Assembly: GCA_038087875.1 (NCBI GenBank)
Contig: CM075994.1
Span: 9,736,001-9,800,000, forward strand
DNA length: 64,000 bases
Source of the DNA: Malacoraja senta
Taxonomy: Eukaryota
Reading direction: 5' to 3'
The stretch's first letter is position 1; each line of letters opens with the position of its first letter. The position numbers were made by a program, and so were the translations under genes. This document shows positions 12,830 to 25,572 of the stretch, piece after piece. The notes beneath the pieces were generated by a model. The model saw only the letters and a list, made by a program, of their open reading frames with translations, was not told the DNA's origin and ran no database searches.

Positions 12830-13452
12830 GTGTCAAATAAAGTTTAACATAAACATCCACCACAATGGAATCCACGTTCCTCACTGTGATGGAAGGCAAT
12901 GAAGTTCAGTCAACTTCCTCCTTTCTTCACCCGTGGTCGGGGCCTTGAACCCTCTGCAGTCGCCACTGCCAACGGTCCAATGTTCAACCCCTCTCGCCGG
13001 GATGATGGAAACGCCTGCGTGGAGACGGATCGGCACGCTCCGCGCGGCATGGAGCTCCCGAGTCGGCCTCTTCTAACCGGAGACCACGGGTGGACTTCAC
13101 GGTGTTAAAGTCCGCAGGACCCCCGCAGTCGGAGCTCCAACACTGGCGCTCCTCGGCAGAAGATTCCCAGGCTCCGCGATGGAAAGTCGGTGCCACGCCC
13201 ACGGCTTGAAGCTCCGGGCCGGTCGTCAGGCCGCACCGCTCCACGATGTTAAGCCGCGGGAGCGGGGGGGGGGGCGGGGATGCGATACGGAGAAAAATCG
13301 CATATCTGTCCGGGTAAGTGACTGGAAATTTCCCCTGACCACCCCCCCCCCCACACATAAAACATAAGAGACATTAAAACAAACATTCAAGACATACTTA
13401 AAACAATAAAAAACAGAGAAGGGGCAAGACAGACTGCTGGCGAGGCGGCCAT
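12830..13452 (-). mobile_element. Non-autonomous GC-rich retroelement; related pieces at 24050-24230, 24370-24850, 52677-52856 and 58060-58925
   Basis: Shared 3' hairpin GCCTTCCATCACAGTGAGG...CACTGTG(G/A)TGGATG; related copies end in short tandem tails such as (TATTG)n or (TATC)n. Confidence 0.55.
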
Positions 13453-13630
13453 TACGGGCACCACCCGGCAGCCATTACGGGCACGACCCGGAGGCCATTA
13501 TGGGCACCACCCGGCGGCCATTACGGGCACCGCCCAGCCGCCATTACGGGCACCACCTGACGGCCATTACAGGTGACACCCGGCGGCCATTATGGGAACC
13601 ACCTGGCTGCCATTACGGAAACCACCCAGT
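13445..13630. repeat. About 23-bp minisatellite (GGCCATTACGGGCACCACCCGGC), about 8 copies
   Basis: Direct tandem repeats. Confidence 0.9.
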
Positions 13631-13680
13631 GGTAACGCACAGGGCGTCCATAGATTGGGGTGGCTGGTGTGAAGGCTTAC

Positions 13681-13782
13681 CAGCTTCTTGCCTTTCTCCG
13701 TTCCCGCTGCCCGGCGGTCCACAAACACGGTGTCGATCTGGTTGCCGTCGCAGGAGATCAGCTTGGCTCGCTTACCCTGGTA
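13681..13782 (-). CDS. ABHD16A: ABHD16A exon, 102 bp
   Basis: YQGKRAKLISCDGNQIDTVFVDRRAAGTEKGKKL; tttgcAG acceptor, GTAAG donor; phase 0/0. Confidence 0.95.
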
Positions 13783-14505
13783 CTGCAAAGGGCAAACGTC
13801 ACACTCAATCAGTTCCATTTACTTTAGAGACACAGCGCGGAAACAGGCCCTTCGGCCTGCCGGGTCCGCGCTGACCAGCGATCCCCGCACACTAACACCG
13901 CCCCTCACACACACTTGTGGAATAACATAGAACTGGTGTGAAAAGATACAGGATGGAAATTAGAGGTTTGTAAAGGTACAGAACAAATCAGAGCTGCACT
14001 GGTAGAGTTTAGTTTCGAGACACAGCGCGGAAACAGGCCCTTCAGCCCGCCGGGTCGCGCCGCCCAGCGATCCCCGCACATTAAACCCACTAGGGACAAG
14101 TTTTACACTTATAGCCAAGCCAATTAACCTACAAACCTGCACATCTTAAGAGCGTGGGAGGAAACCGAAGATCTCGGAGAAAACCCACGCAGGTCACGGG
14201 GAGAATGTACACACTATGTACAGACAGCACCCGTAGTCGGGATCCAACCCGGGTCTCCGGCGCTGCATTCGCTGTAAGCAGCAACTCTACCGCTGCCCCA
14301 ACGTGACCGCATAAACTCAAGTTGCTGCCTTACAGCGCTTGCAGCGCCGGAGACCCGGGTCCGAAGGATGAGAGGGAATCTTATTGAAACATATAAGATC
14401 GTTAAGGGTTGGGCACGCTAGAGGCAGGAAACGTGTGTGCGTCTGTGTGCGCGTGTCTGTGTGTGTGAGAGTGTGTGCGAGTGTGAGAGTGAATGCGTGC
14501 GTGCG

Positions 14506-14538
<33 letters not shown>

Positions 14539-14721
14539 GTGTGTGTGAGTGCGAGTGTGTGTGTGTGTGAGAGTGAGTGAGTGAGTGAGTGTGTGCGTGT
14601 TCCACTCTTGACACTCGCCATTCCAGCTCCCCGGTTTTTCAGGCGAATGCCACGAGCTAGACAGTCGCCAGCAGTCTGCTGGAAAATCGCCTAAGTGGGA
14701 CAGGCCCTTGACAGGTCTCAC

Positions 14722-14837
14722 CTCCTCCCATCAGTCGCGTCTGGCCTTGGATCAGCATGGGCATGATGGCTTTCTGCAGCAGGGACACTGAGCCTGGGTA
14801 TAACATTCGCCGGCCAAACGACTTGGCAATCAGGTAG
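14722..14837 (-). CDS. ABHD16A: ABHD16A exon, 116 bp as assembled (115 needed; apparent 1-bp insertion)
   Basis: (S)YLIAKSFGRRMLYPGSVSLLQKAIMPMLIQGQTRLM(EE); ctgcAG acceptor, GTGAG donor. Confidence 0.93.
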
Positions 14838-15449
14838 CTGCAGAGAAAACAGGCACTCCGTTAAACCCACAGGGTAGTGTGATTGTGTTCAGGGATCGCT
14901 GGCCGGTGACGATTCGGTGGGCCGAAGGCCTGTTTCCCTGCTCCACAGTCGTAGAATGATATGGCATGGAAACAGGCCCTTGGGCCCAACCTGCCAACAA
15001 TGTCCCAGCTACACCAGTCCAACCTGCCCCTGTTTGGCCCATATTCCCATCTAACCTGTCCTATCCACGTACCTGTCCAGTATTCTCTGAACTAAACTAA
15101 ACTAAACCACCATAGATATACAACTGCTCTGCGGGCGAGCGATGCTTCCTTGTGGTAGCAGATGCTGGTAAGTACAAACCAATTTGAGATGCACACCTCT
15201 AGTTTAGAGATACAGTGTGGAAACATACACCCACCACCCTTTGTGTGAAAAGGTTACCCCTCAGATTCCTTTTAAATCTTTTCCCCCTTCACCTTAAACC
15301 AATGTCCTCTGGTCCTCGATTCCCCTACTCTGGGCAAGAGACTCTGTGCATCTACCCAATTTATTCCTGTCATGATTTTATACACCTCTATAGGATCACC
15401 CCTCATCCTCCTGCGCTCCAAGGAATAGAGACCCAGCCTGCTCAACCTC

Positions 15450-15776
15450 TCGGCCGACTTGGGGTTGCTGAATATCCCGCGGTCTAGGCATAAGCTCAGG
15501 GGCGACCGCGTTTTGCGGTTGCAGCTCCTAGACTGTGGAACAGCAACCCCTTTCCCATCAGAACTGCCCCCTCCATCGACTCCTTTTAAGTCAAGACTAA
15601 AAACTTATCTATACTCCCAAGCCTTTCTTGACGTCCTCTGAGTGAGGGCTATATGTATATATGTATGTAGTTTGTTTGTTTGTGCTGTTCTTATAACAAA
15701 TGTAAAGCACTTTGGCCAACGAGAGTTGTTTTTTAAATGTGCTATATAAATAAATGTGACTTGACTTGACTTGACT
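15450..15776 (+). mobile_element. L2 LINE 3' end with (GACTT)n tail, nested in CR1
   Basis: ADLGLLNIPRSR.KLRGD...FKSRLKTYLY; same family as 1-370; AATAAA then (GACTT)n. Confidence 0.8.
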
Positions 15777-16042
15777 CTCCCTATAGCTCACACCCTCTAG
15801 TCCTGGCAACATCCTCGTAAAGATGTTAAGTGTGCGATTCTGTGAATAAATAGCTGATTTACTCATAGAAATGTGAAAACTCAGTGGCATTCACACACAG
15901 GGTGGTGGGTGTATGGAACGAGCTGACAGAGGAGGTAGTTGAGGCCGGGACTATCTCAACGTTTAAGAGACAGTTAGACAGGTACATGGATAGGACAGGT
16001 TTGGAGGGATATGGACCAAGCGCAGGCAGGTGGGACTAGTGT

Positions 16043-17200
16043 CAGAGCTGCCAAGTTTTGTCAGAGCATTTCAGTTTTCTAGTACTCGAAAATCAGTATT
16101 TTACTGAGGAAATCAGTATTTTTACGCAGCCATTTTGCTGTAAAAAAATGGTTTTACGTGCGGTCATACCCATGTAAGAGTACAAGAATGCATAACTTTG
16201 CTAGCAATTGACATGTATTCTATGCACCTTACTTGACAGTGCATCATTTATTGCCATCTCTTTGTATACTGCTGTTTGAACGGCCGCTTCCTGCTTTTAG
16301 CACCAGATGATGTGGAAGCCATTTTGGAAGCCTCCCTTTCCCTCCCTCCCTCCCCCTCCCCTTTACCTTCCTCTCTCCTTCCTTTTTTTCGCCCTCCCGC
16401 TCTTATTGCCCCCCTCCCTCTCACCTTCTCCCTCCCCAAACAGTCTGTGACCCATAGCGCTGCGGCCACAGCGCTATGTGTAAAGGCAATAGCGCTCCAG
16501 CTGGTGGCGCTCTAATTAGAACCCGTAGCGCTGAACTGACAGCGCTGTTTAAAAACTGTAGCAGGACAGTTATAAAAGGACTGGACAAGCTAGGTGCAGG
16601 CAAAATGTTCCCAATGTTGGGCGAGTCCAGAACCAGGGGCCACACAGTCTTAGAATAAAGGGGAGGTCATTTAAGACTGAGGTGAGAAAAAACGTTTTCA
16701 CCCAGAGAGTTGTGAATTTGTGGGAATTCCCTGCCACAGAGGGCAGTGGAGGGGCAAATCACTGGATGGATTTAAGAGAGAGTTAGATAGAGCTCTAGGG
16801 GCTGGTGGAGTCAAGGGATATGGGGAGAAGGCAGGCACGGGTTCTTGATTTGGGACGATCAGCCATGATCACAATGAATGGCGGTGCAGGCTCGAAGGGC
16901 CGAATGGCCTCCTCCTGCACCTATTTTCTATATTTCTATGTTTCTATGACAGGCAGATCAAAGATTACAAAAATAATCATCCAGATCTTGAAATTTAAAA
17001 TACTAATAGATTGAATCTGCTATAATTTTTAGAGTTACAGTATGACTTTTTATATCCTTGCATTTTTTAAGAAGCAAGATGAAACAGGAAGTCGGGCCGA
17101 TTTAAAAAAAAATCTGTATTTTACAAAGCAAATCCGTACATCCGTATTCTTATCGCATTTCCGTACAAAGTACGGAAAATCCATACTATTGGCAGCTCTG
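16043..17200. mobile_element. Non-autonomous DNA transposon with a nested CR1 fragment (about 16570-16945)
   Basis: 12-bp perfect TIR CAGAGCTGCCAA / TTGGCAGCTCTG; TAGTGT duplicated on both sides within a HER1 3' UTR. Confidence 0.75.
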
Positions 17201-17780
17201 TAGTGTAGCTGGGACATGTTGGCCGGTGTGGGCAAGTTGGGCCGAAGGGCCAGTTTCTATGACTGCATCACTCCATGACTCTGTGACAAAATACTGGAGT
17301 AACTCAGCGGGGCAGGCAGCATCTCTGGAGAGAAGGAATGGGTGACGTCTTAAGGGATAGGACAGGCTCGATGCAGGAAACATGTTCCCGATGTTGGGGG
17401 AGTCCAGAACCAGGGGCCACACAGTTTAAGAATAAGGGGTAGGCCATTTCGGACTGAGATGAGGAAAAAACAAATTCACCCAGAGAGTTGTGAATCTGAG
17501 GAATTCTCTGCCACAGAAGGCAGTGGAGGCCGATTCACTGGATGTATTCAAGAGAGAGTTAGATCTAGCTATTAGGGCGAACGGAATCAAGGGATGTGAG
17601 GAGAAAGCAGGAACGTGGTACTGATTTTGGATGATTAGCCATGATCATATTGAATGGCGGTGCTGGCTCGAACGGCCGAATGGCCTGCTCCTGCACCTAT
17701 TTTCTATGTTTCTATGACAATTGAACCAGCGTGTATTGGGTGACGATTTGGATCAAGACCCTTCTTCTGATTCCTTTTCA

Positions 17781-18550
17781 ACTATAGACAATAGACAATA
17801 CGTGCAGGAGGAGGCCATTTGGCCTCCTTCTGCACGAGCCAGAACCGCCATCCAATGTGATCATGGCTGATCATCCACAATCAGTACCCCGTTCCTGCCT
17901 TCTCCCCATATCCCCTGACTCCGCTATTTTTAAGAGCCCTATCTAGCTCGCTCTTGAAAGCATCCAGAGAACCGGCCTCCACCGCCCTCTGAGGCAGAGA
18001 ATTCCACAGACTCACAACTCTCTGTGAGGAAAAGTGTTTCCTCGTCTCCGTTCTAAATCGCTTGCTCCTTATTCTTAAACTGTGGCCCCTGGTTCTGGAC
18101 TCCCCCAACATCGGGAACATGTTTCCTGCCTCTAGCGTGTCCAAGCCCTTAACAATCTTATATGTCTCAATGAGATGCCCTCTCATCCTTCTAACCTCCA
18201 GAGTGTACAAGCCCAGCTGCTCCATTCTCTCAGCATGACAGTCCCGCCATCCCGGGAATTAACCTTGTAAACCTACGCTGCACTCCCTCAATAGCAAGAA
18301 TGTCCTTCCTCAAATTAGGGGACCAAAAACTGCACACAATACTCCAGGTGTGGTCTCACTAGGGCCCTGTACAACTGCAGAAGGACCTCTTTGCTCCTAT
18401 ATTCGATTCCTCTTGTTATGAAGGCCAACATGCCATTCGCTTTCTTCACTGCCTGCTGTACCTGCATGCTTACTTTCATAGACTGCTATACAAGGACCCC
18501 CAGATCCCGTTATACTTCCCCTTTTCCCAACTTGACACCATTTAGATAGC
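17781..18550 (-). mobile_element. CR1/HER1 LINE 3' fragment
   Basis: ORF 17881-18225 (CR1 RT C-terminus) plus tail. Confidence 0.88.
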
Positions 18551-18994
18551 AACTATTAACACCAATTTAGATAGCACCTATTAACATTGTTGGGCACCAT
18601 TAACACCTATTCCTCATCTCCAGAGATGCTGCCTGTCCTGCTGAGTTACTCCAGCATTTGTGTCTATCTTCGGTTTAAACCAGCATCTGCAGTTCCTTCC
18701 GACACAATCAATTAACACAATTCAAATCAAGCTATGTGGTACAAGAGTGTAACATGGAGGCCAAGGTAAACTGGAACTCAAGAGAGAGTTAGGTTTAGCT
18801 CTGAGGGCTAACGGAATCAAAAGATATGGGGAGATGGGCAGGAGCGGGGTACTGATTCTGGATGATCAGCCATGACCATATTATGAATGAATGAATGAAT
18901 GAATAAGTATATTGGCCAAGTTTTTTCACATACAAGGAATTTGCCTTGGTGCTCCGTCCACAAGTGACGACATGACATACAGTTGTTTAAGAAC

Positions 18995-19382
18995 AACTCT
19001 TCCACGGCCAGAGTGAGACCCACAGCAAATTGGAGGAGTAGCCCCTCATATTTTGCTTGGGTAGCTTAACCCCAGCGGTATGAACATTGACTTCTCTAAC
19101 TTCAAGTAACCCTTGCGTCCCCTCTCTCTCCCCGTCCCTCCTCCACCCTAGTCGTACCACCGGTATGAACATTGACTTCTCCAATTTCAGGTAGTCCCTG
19201 CTTTCTCCCTCCTTCCCCTCCCCTTCCCAGCTCTCCCGCAGCCACTGTCTCCGCCTCTTCCTTTCTTCTTCAGGCCCCCACCCCCACATCAGTCTGATGA
19301 AGGGTCTCGACCCGAAACGTCACCTATTCCTTCCCCTTTGATGCTGCCTCATCCGCTGAGTTTCTCCAGCATTTTTGTCTAC
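18995..19382 (+). mobile_element. Penelope-like element 3' end / pseudo-LTR with hammerhead-like core
   Basis: GIY-YIG C-terminal remnant (...GMNIDFSNF) and CTGATGA-AGGGTCTCGACCC-GAAAC-GTC at 19294-19321. Confidence 0.75.
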
Positions 19383-19819
19383 ATGAAGGAATGAACGAAT
19401 GAATACGTTTATTGGCCACGTATTCACATACAAGGAATTTGCCTTGGTGCTCCGCCCGCAAGTGACAACATGACATACAGTTAGGAATGACACATAAAAC
19501 ATTGAACATTAATAATAAAACATTATCGATTAAACATGTGAATTTAATGAAATACCAGAGCAAAAGGAGGCTACAGATTTTTGGTTATTGAGTAGAGCTA
19601 CTACTCGTGGAAAAAAAGCTGTTTTTATGTCTGGCTGTGGCAGCTTTGACAGTCCGGAGTCGCCTTCCAGAGGGAAGTGATTCAAAGAGTTTGTGGTCAG
19701 AGATGATCTTACCCGCTCGCTTTGGTGCTGGCTCGAAGGGCCGAATGGCCAACTCCTGCACCTATTTTATTTCTCTCTCGATGTTTCTGACAATATCCCG
19801 AGACCGGGGGCTCGCTTAC

Positions 19820-19936
19820 CTGACAAACTGGCAGGGCAACCTCAGGACGTTACACACAAAGCCGTCCCCCGCCCCTCTGTACTTGAGGTCCGGCTTCAGG
19901 AGAGGAACTCCACCAATCGGCACGTTCCCGCCCTTC
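19820..19936 (-). CDS. ABHD16A: ABHD16A exon, 117 bp
   Basis: KGGNVPIGGVPLLKPDLKYRGAGDGFVCNVLRLPCQFV(S), aligning to human ...GVALLRPEPLHRG...LPCQITS; phase 2/2. Confidence 0.92.
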
Positions 19937-20265
19937 CTGAAACAGGGAGAGATGGGAGTCACACAGTGTGGAAACAGGCCCTTCAGCCCAAGCTGCCCAA
20001 CATGTCCCGGCTTCTCTAGTCCCATCTGCCCGCGTTTGCCCATGTAGTTGAGGCCAGTTCATTGGTTATATTTAAGAGGGAGTTAGATGTGGCCCTTGTG
20101 GCTAAACGGATCAGGGGGTATGGAGAGAAGGCAGGTACAGGATACTGAGTTGGATGATCAGCCATGATCATATTGAATGGCGGTGCAGGCTCGAAGGACC
20201 CACGCCTGCACTTATTTTCTATGTTTCTATCCCTCCAAACCTGTCCTATCCATGTACCTGTCTTT

Positions 20266-21724
20266 GCGTACAGTTTTGGTCTCCTAATTTGAGGAAGGAC
20301 GTCCTTGTGATTGAGGCAGTGCAGCGTAGGTTCACCAGATTGATCCCTGGGATGGCGGGACTGTCATATGAGGAAAGATTGAAAAGACTAGGCTTGTATT
20401 CACTGGAGTTTAAGAAGGATGAGGGGGTTCTTATAGAAACATATAAAATTATAAAAGGACTGGACAAGCCAGATGCAGGAAAAATGTTCCCAATGTTGGG
20501 CGAGTCCAGAACCAGGGCCACACAGTCTTAGAATAAAGGGGAGGCCATTTAAGACTGAGGTGAGAAAAAAACTTTTTCACCCAGAGAGTTGTGAATTTGT
20601 GGAATTCCCTGCCACAGAGGGCAGTGGAGGCCAAATCACTGGATGGATTTAAGAGAGAGTTACTGTAGATAGAGCTCTAGGGGCTAGTGGAATCAAGGGA
20701 TATGGGGAGAAGGCAGGCACGGGTTATTGATTGGGGATGATCAGCCATGATCACAATGAATGGCAGTGCTGGCTCGAAGGGCCGAATGGCCTCCTCCTGC
20801 ACCTATTTTCTATGACAATTGAACCAGCGTGTATTGGTGACTATTCGGGTCAAGACCCTTCTTCTCATTCCTTTTCATCACCCATTTCTTCTCTCCAGAG
20901 ATGCTGCCAGTTCCGTTGAGTTACTCCAGCTTTATGTGTCTATCTTCGGTGTAAACCAGCAGCTGCAGTTCCTTCCGACCCAGTTTAGAGACACAGCGCG
21001 GAAACAGGCCCTTCGGCCCACCGGGTCCGCGCCGACCAGCGATCCCCGCACACTAACACCATCCTACACACACACCCTGGTGTCCCGGGGTCATAAGTGA
21101 CAGGAGCAGAATTAGGCCATTCGGCCCAATCGAGTCTAGTCCGCCATTCAATCGAGGCTGACCTATCTCTCCCTCCTAACCCCATTCTCCTGCCTTCCCC
21201 CAACAACCCCTCGTTAGTCACAATTCTTGCTATTGAGGGAGTGCAGCGTAGGTTTACAAGGTTAATTCCCGGGATGGCGGGACTGTCATATGCTGAGAGA
21301 ATGGAGCGGCTGGGCTTGTATACTCTGGAATTTAGAAGGATGAGAGGGCATCTGATTGAAATATATAAGATTATTAAGGGTTTGGACACGCTAGAGGCAG
21401 GAAACATGTTCCTGATGTTGGGGGAGTCCAGAACCAGGGGCCACACAGTTTAAGAATAAGGTTTAAGCCATTTAGAACGGAGACGAGGAAACACTTTTTC
21501 TCACAGAGATTTGTGAGTCTGTGGAATTCTCTGCCTGGTGGAGGCCGGTTCTCTGGATACTTTCAAGAGAGAGCTAGATAGGGCTGTTAAAGATAGCGGA
21601 GTCAGGGGATATGGGGAGAAGGCAGGAACAGGGTACTGATTGGGGATGATCAGCCATGATCACATTGAATGGCGGTGCTGGTGCGAAGGGCCGAATGGCC
21701 TACTGCTGCACCTATTGTCTATTG
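20266..21724 (+). mobile_element. Cluster of CR1/HER1 fragments and SINE tails
   Basis: ORFs 20154-20531 and 21097-21453 carry CR1 RT motifs; two CR1 3' tails. Confidence 0.85.
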
Positions 21725-21762
21725 ATGTGCTGGCCCACACGAGCAGCCGAGCGACTACTTAC

Positions 21763-21836
21763 GGACTCGTCACCTCACTCCAGCTGAAGTCCATTGGCCA
21801 GTGGTCGAAGTCGAAGCTATAGGAAGCTAGCCTCCT
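21763..21836 (-). CDS. ABHD16A: ABHD16A exon, 74 bp
   Basis: RRLASYSFDFDHWPMDFSWSEVTS (human RQLANYNFDFRSWPVDFHWEE); ttgcAG acceptor, GTAAGT donor; phase 0/2. Confidence 0.94.
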
Positions 21837-23295
21837 CTGCAATCAAGAACAAAAGAACGCGTCTGAAAAACGCACGCAGTCACTTGCCCAGAGTGGGGGA
21901 ATCGAGGACCGTTGTACGATAAACAGTTCAGATTATCGAGGGATTGGACACGCTAGAGGCAGGAAACACGTTCCCGATGTCGGGGGAGTCCAGAACCAGG
22001 GGCCACAGCTGGAGTAACTCAGCGGGACAGGCAGCATCTCTGGAGAGATGCTCTGATCTGTGCTGTTCAACTCCCTGCGGATCCTTGACAAGGCTGCTGA
22101 GACAGTTTATTGGACATTAAAAGCTTCATCGAGAACTGGAAATGGAGTTCCCTGTACAGCGCTCCTATGGCATTTTGTTCCAAATGCACATCACTCGTGA
22201 GTGTGGATGATCAGCCATGATCACATTGAATGGCGGTGCTGGCTCGAAGGGCTGAATGGCCTACTCCTGCACCTATTATCTATCGCCCTCTGTGGGAAAA
22301 ATGACCCCTTCAAATTTTTCCTCTCATCTTAAAACTCAGGACTGCCTACAAGGTTAATTCCCGAGATGGCGGGACTGTCATATGCAAAGAGAATGGAGCG
22401 ACTGGGCTTGTACACTCTGGAATTTAGAAGGATGAGAGGGAATCTGATTGAAACATATAAGATTATTAAGGGTTTGGACACGCTAGAGGCAGGAAACATG
22501 TTCCTGATGTTTAGGAGAGTCCGGAAACCAGGGGCTACACAGTTTAAGAATAAGGGGTAGGCCGTTTGGAACGATGAGGGATATGGGGAGAAGGCAGGAA
22601 CGGGGTACTAATTGGGGATGAATGGTGGTGCTGGCTCGAAGGGGCGAATGGCCTACTCCTGCACCTATTGTCCAATGAGGGGTGATCTTATAGAGGTGCA
22701 TAATCAGCCAAGATCACAGTGAATGGCTCGAAGGGCCGAATGGCAGATTATTATTGTCCAATGAGGGGTGATCTTATAGAGGTGCATAATCAGCCATGAT
22801 CACAGTGAATGGCTCGAAAGGCCGAATGGCCTATTCCTGCACCTATTGTCAATTGTCTATTTACCGGAGAACATAGGTTTAAGGTGAAGGGGAAAAGATT
22901 TAATAGGAATCTGATCAGAAGGGGTAACTTTTTCACACAAAGGGTGTATGGAACGAACTGCCAGAGGAGGTCGTTGAGGCTGGGACTATCCCACCGTTTA
23001 AGAAACAGTTAGATAGGTACATGGACAGGACAGGTTTGGAGGGATATGGACCAAGCGCGGGCAGGTGGGACTAGTGTAGCTGGGACATGTTGGCCGGTGT
23101 GAGCGAGTTGGGCCGAAGGACCTGTTTCCACGCTGTATCACTCCATGACACTAAGAAGGGTCCCAACCCAATCTTTCCAAGATGGTGGCCAACCGAGGCG
23201 TCTATTTGCGTGCCAGCCACAGAAACAGATCTACAATCGCATATTACAATCGCTCCGCTCTCTCAAATCCCTACTCCTACAGCAACATTTCTTAA

Positions 23296-23598
23296 GGGCC
23301 TGTCCCACTGTACGAGGTAATTCAAGAGTTCTCCCGAGTTTCCCTTGATTCGAACTCGGAGAATTACAGCAATAGCCGCTCGTAGGTACTGGGGGCTCTC
23401 GTGGACATTTTTCAACATGTTGAAAAAACTTCACGAGCTTATCGCGTTTCCCGAGTACCTGCCGTTAGCGTTACGAGCCGCTAAGATACGTCCCGAGCTC
23501 CGACGTACCCGCTACGTACATTCTACGTACTTACGAGCTTGATTTTTTTTTTTAACTCGGGAGAGCTCTTGGGTAAACTCGTATAGTGGGACAGGCCC
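23296..23598. mobile_element. PIF/Harbinger-like MITE
   Basis: TIR GGGCCTGTCCCACTGTACGAG / CTCGTATAGTGGGACAGGCCC; TAA on both flanks. Confidence 0.85.
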
Positions 23599-24857
23599 TA
23601 AACGTTGTTCCCTTATCATGTATCTTACACACTGTAAATTAAACGGCTCGATTGTAATTGTGTGTAGTCTTTCCGCTGACTGGTCAGCACGTGACTAACG
23701 CTTTTCCCTGTACCTCGGCGCACGTGACAACAAACTACACTGAAACTGACCGCGTTCTCCAGAGATGCTGCCTGACCCGCTGAGTTACTCCAGCCCCGTG
23801 TGTTTTAGTTTGTTATAGACCAGCATCTGCAGTTCCCTGTAGAAAAGAAGCAAGGAACTGGAACACATTTGGACGGGTACATGGATAGGACAGATTCAGA
23901 CGGTTGCGCAGCGGTAGAGTTGCTGCCTCACAGCGCCAGAGACCCGATTTCGATCCTGACCACGGGTGCTTCTCTGTATGGAGTTTGCACGTTCCCCCCG
24001 TGAGTTTTCTCAGATATCTTCGGTTTCCTCCCGCACTCCAAAGATACAATACAATACAATACCGTTTATTGTCATTTGGACCTCAAATGAAGTTCAAACG
24101 AAATTTGGTTTCTGCAGTCATACAACAAGAAAAGAACCAAGACACAACACAATTTACACAAACATCCATCACAGTGAATCTCCTGCTCACTGTGATGGAA
24201 GGCAAAGTCTTGTCTCAGTACAGGTTTGCAGGTTAATTGGCTTGGTATCAATGTAAAAATTGTCCAAGTGTGTGTGTGTGTGTGTGTGTGTAGGTTAGTG
24301 TTGGTGTGCGGGGATCGCTGGACGGCGTGGACTCGGTGGGCCAAAGGGACCGATTTCGCGCTGTATCTCTATAACATCGTGAAGCCGCGGTCAGCGGAGC
24401 TTCTAACCACGGGCGTGGCGTGTACTTACCATCTAGAGCCTGGAATCCCTTGTCGGGGATCGCCGGAGAAGAGCTCCGACCGCCGGCCTGCAGCCTATAA
24501 CATCCTGAAGCCGCGGTCTCCAGTAGGAAAGCGCCGATTCGGACACTCCAAGCCGCGGAGTGTGTTCCACCGTCCGGACGTCGGAGTTTAGATCATCCCG
24601 GCGAGAGGGCCTGTACATCCGGCCGTCCGTAGCGGCGACTACAGAGGGTTTATGGCCCCGACCACGGGTGAACAAGGGAGGTAGACTGAATGAACTTTGT
24701 TGTCTTCCATCCCAGTGGAAAACGCTGTGGTGGATGTTTATGTTAAATTCTATTGTGTATTGTGTGTTCTTTTTAAGTGTATCGCTGCTGGCAAATTCAT
24801 ATCACTGCACCTCCGGGTACATGTGATGAATAAAATTGACTTTGACTTTAAACTAAA

Positions 24858-25085
24858 GGGCCTGTCCCATTTGGCGATTTTTCCGCCGACTACCGGCATC
24901 ATCGACTGTCGTATCAGGTCGACGAAAAAGTCGCGGCGTGACGATGTATTGACGCGGCGGTGTTTTTATCGAGTGTCGCGACATTTCTTTTGTCGCCGCT
25001 GGATTTTGAAATGTTCGATATCTTTTGGCGAGCCCGATATGACGCCGGCAGTCGCCTACAAAAAATCGCCAAGTGGGACAGGCCC
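24858..25085. mobile_element. PIF/Harbinger-like MITE
   Basis: TIR GGGCCTGTCCCATTTGGCGATTTTT / AAAAATCGCCAAGTGGGACAGGCCC. Confidence 0.8.
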
Positions 25086-25208
25086 TTTCAAGAAACACAA
25101 AAAATGACGGAGACGAGGCTGGCTTATGGCCCCGTGTCAGATCCAAGGAACTGTGAACTGGAAGCTTTGTAAGTCACCTGCAGCTTTGAGGTTTAGTACC
25201 AGCCTTAC

Positions 25209-25294
25209 CTTGTTCTCCTCTGTGTTGTGCTTCTTGGTCTCGGTCAAGATTGTGATGAATTCTACATACTCCGGATTTGACCAGCGGCTCATTC
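25209..25294 (-). CDS. ABHD16A: ABHD16A exon, 86 bp
   Basis: (G)MSRWSNPEYVEFITILTETKKHNTEENK; cacAG acceptor, GTAAGG donor; phase 1/0. Confidence 0.94.
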
Positions 25295-25572
25295 CTGTGG
25301 AGCAGCGAAACAACCACCATTAGGAGCAGTCGGCACCGACATTGTGGGCCGAAGGGCCTGTTCCTCAGCGAAACTGTCCTAGCTTCCAGAACCCCTCTCT
25401 CTACACCCCCCCCCCTCGACTCCATCCAGTGACTCCGACAGTCCTTTCCAGGTGAGGCAGAGGTTCACCTGCTCATTTTTCGGCCCTTCGAGCCAGCCTC
25501 AACTACCTCCTCAGGCAGCTCGTTCCATACACCCACCACCCTCTGTGTGAAAAAGTTACCCTCGGATTCCTA

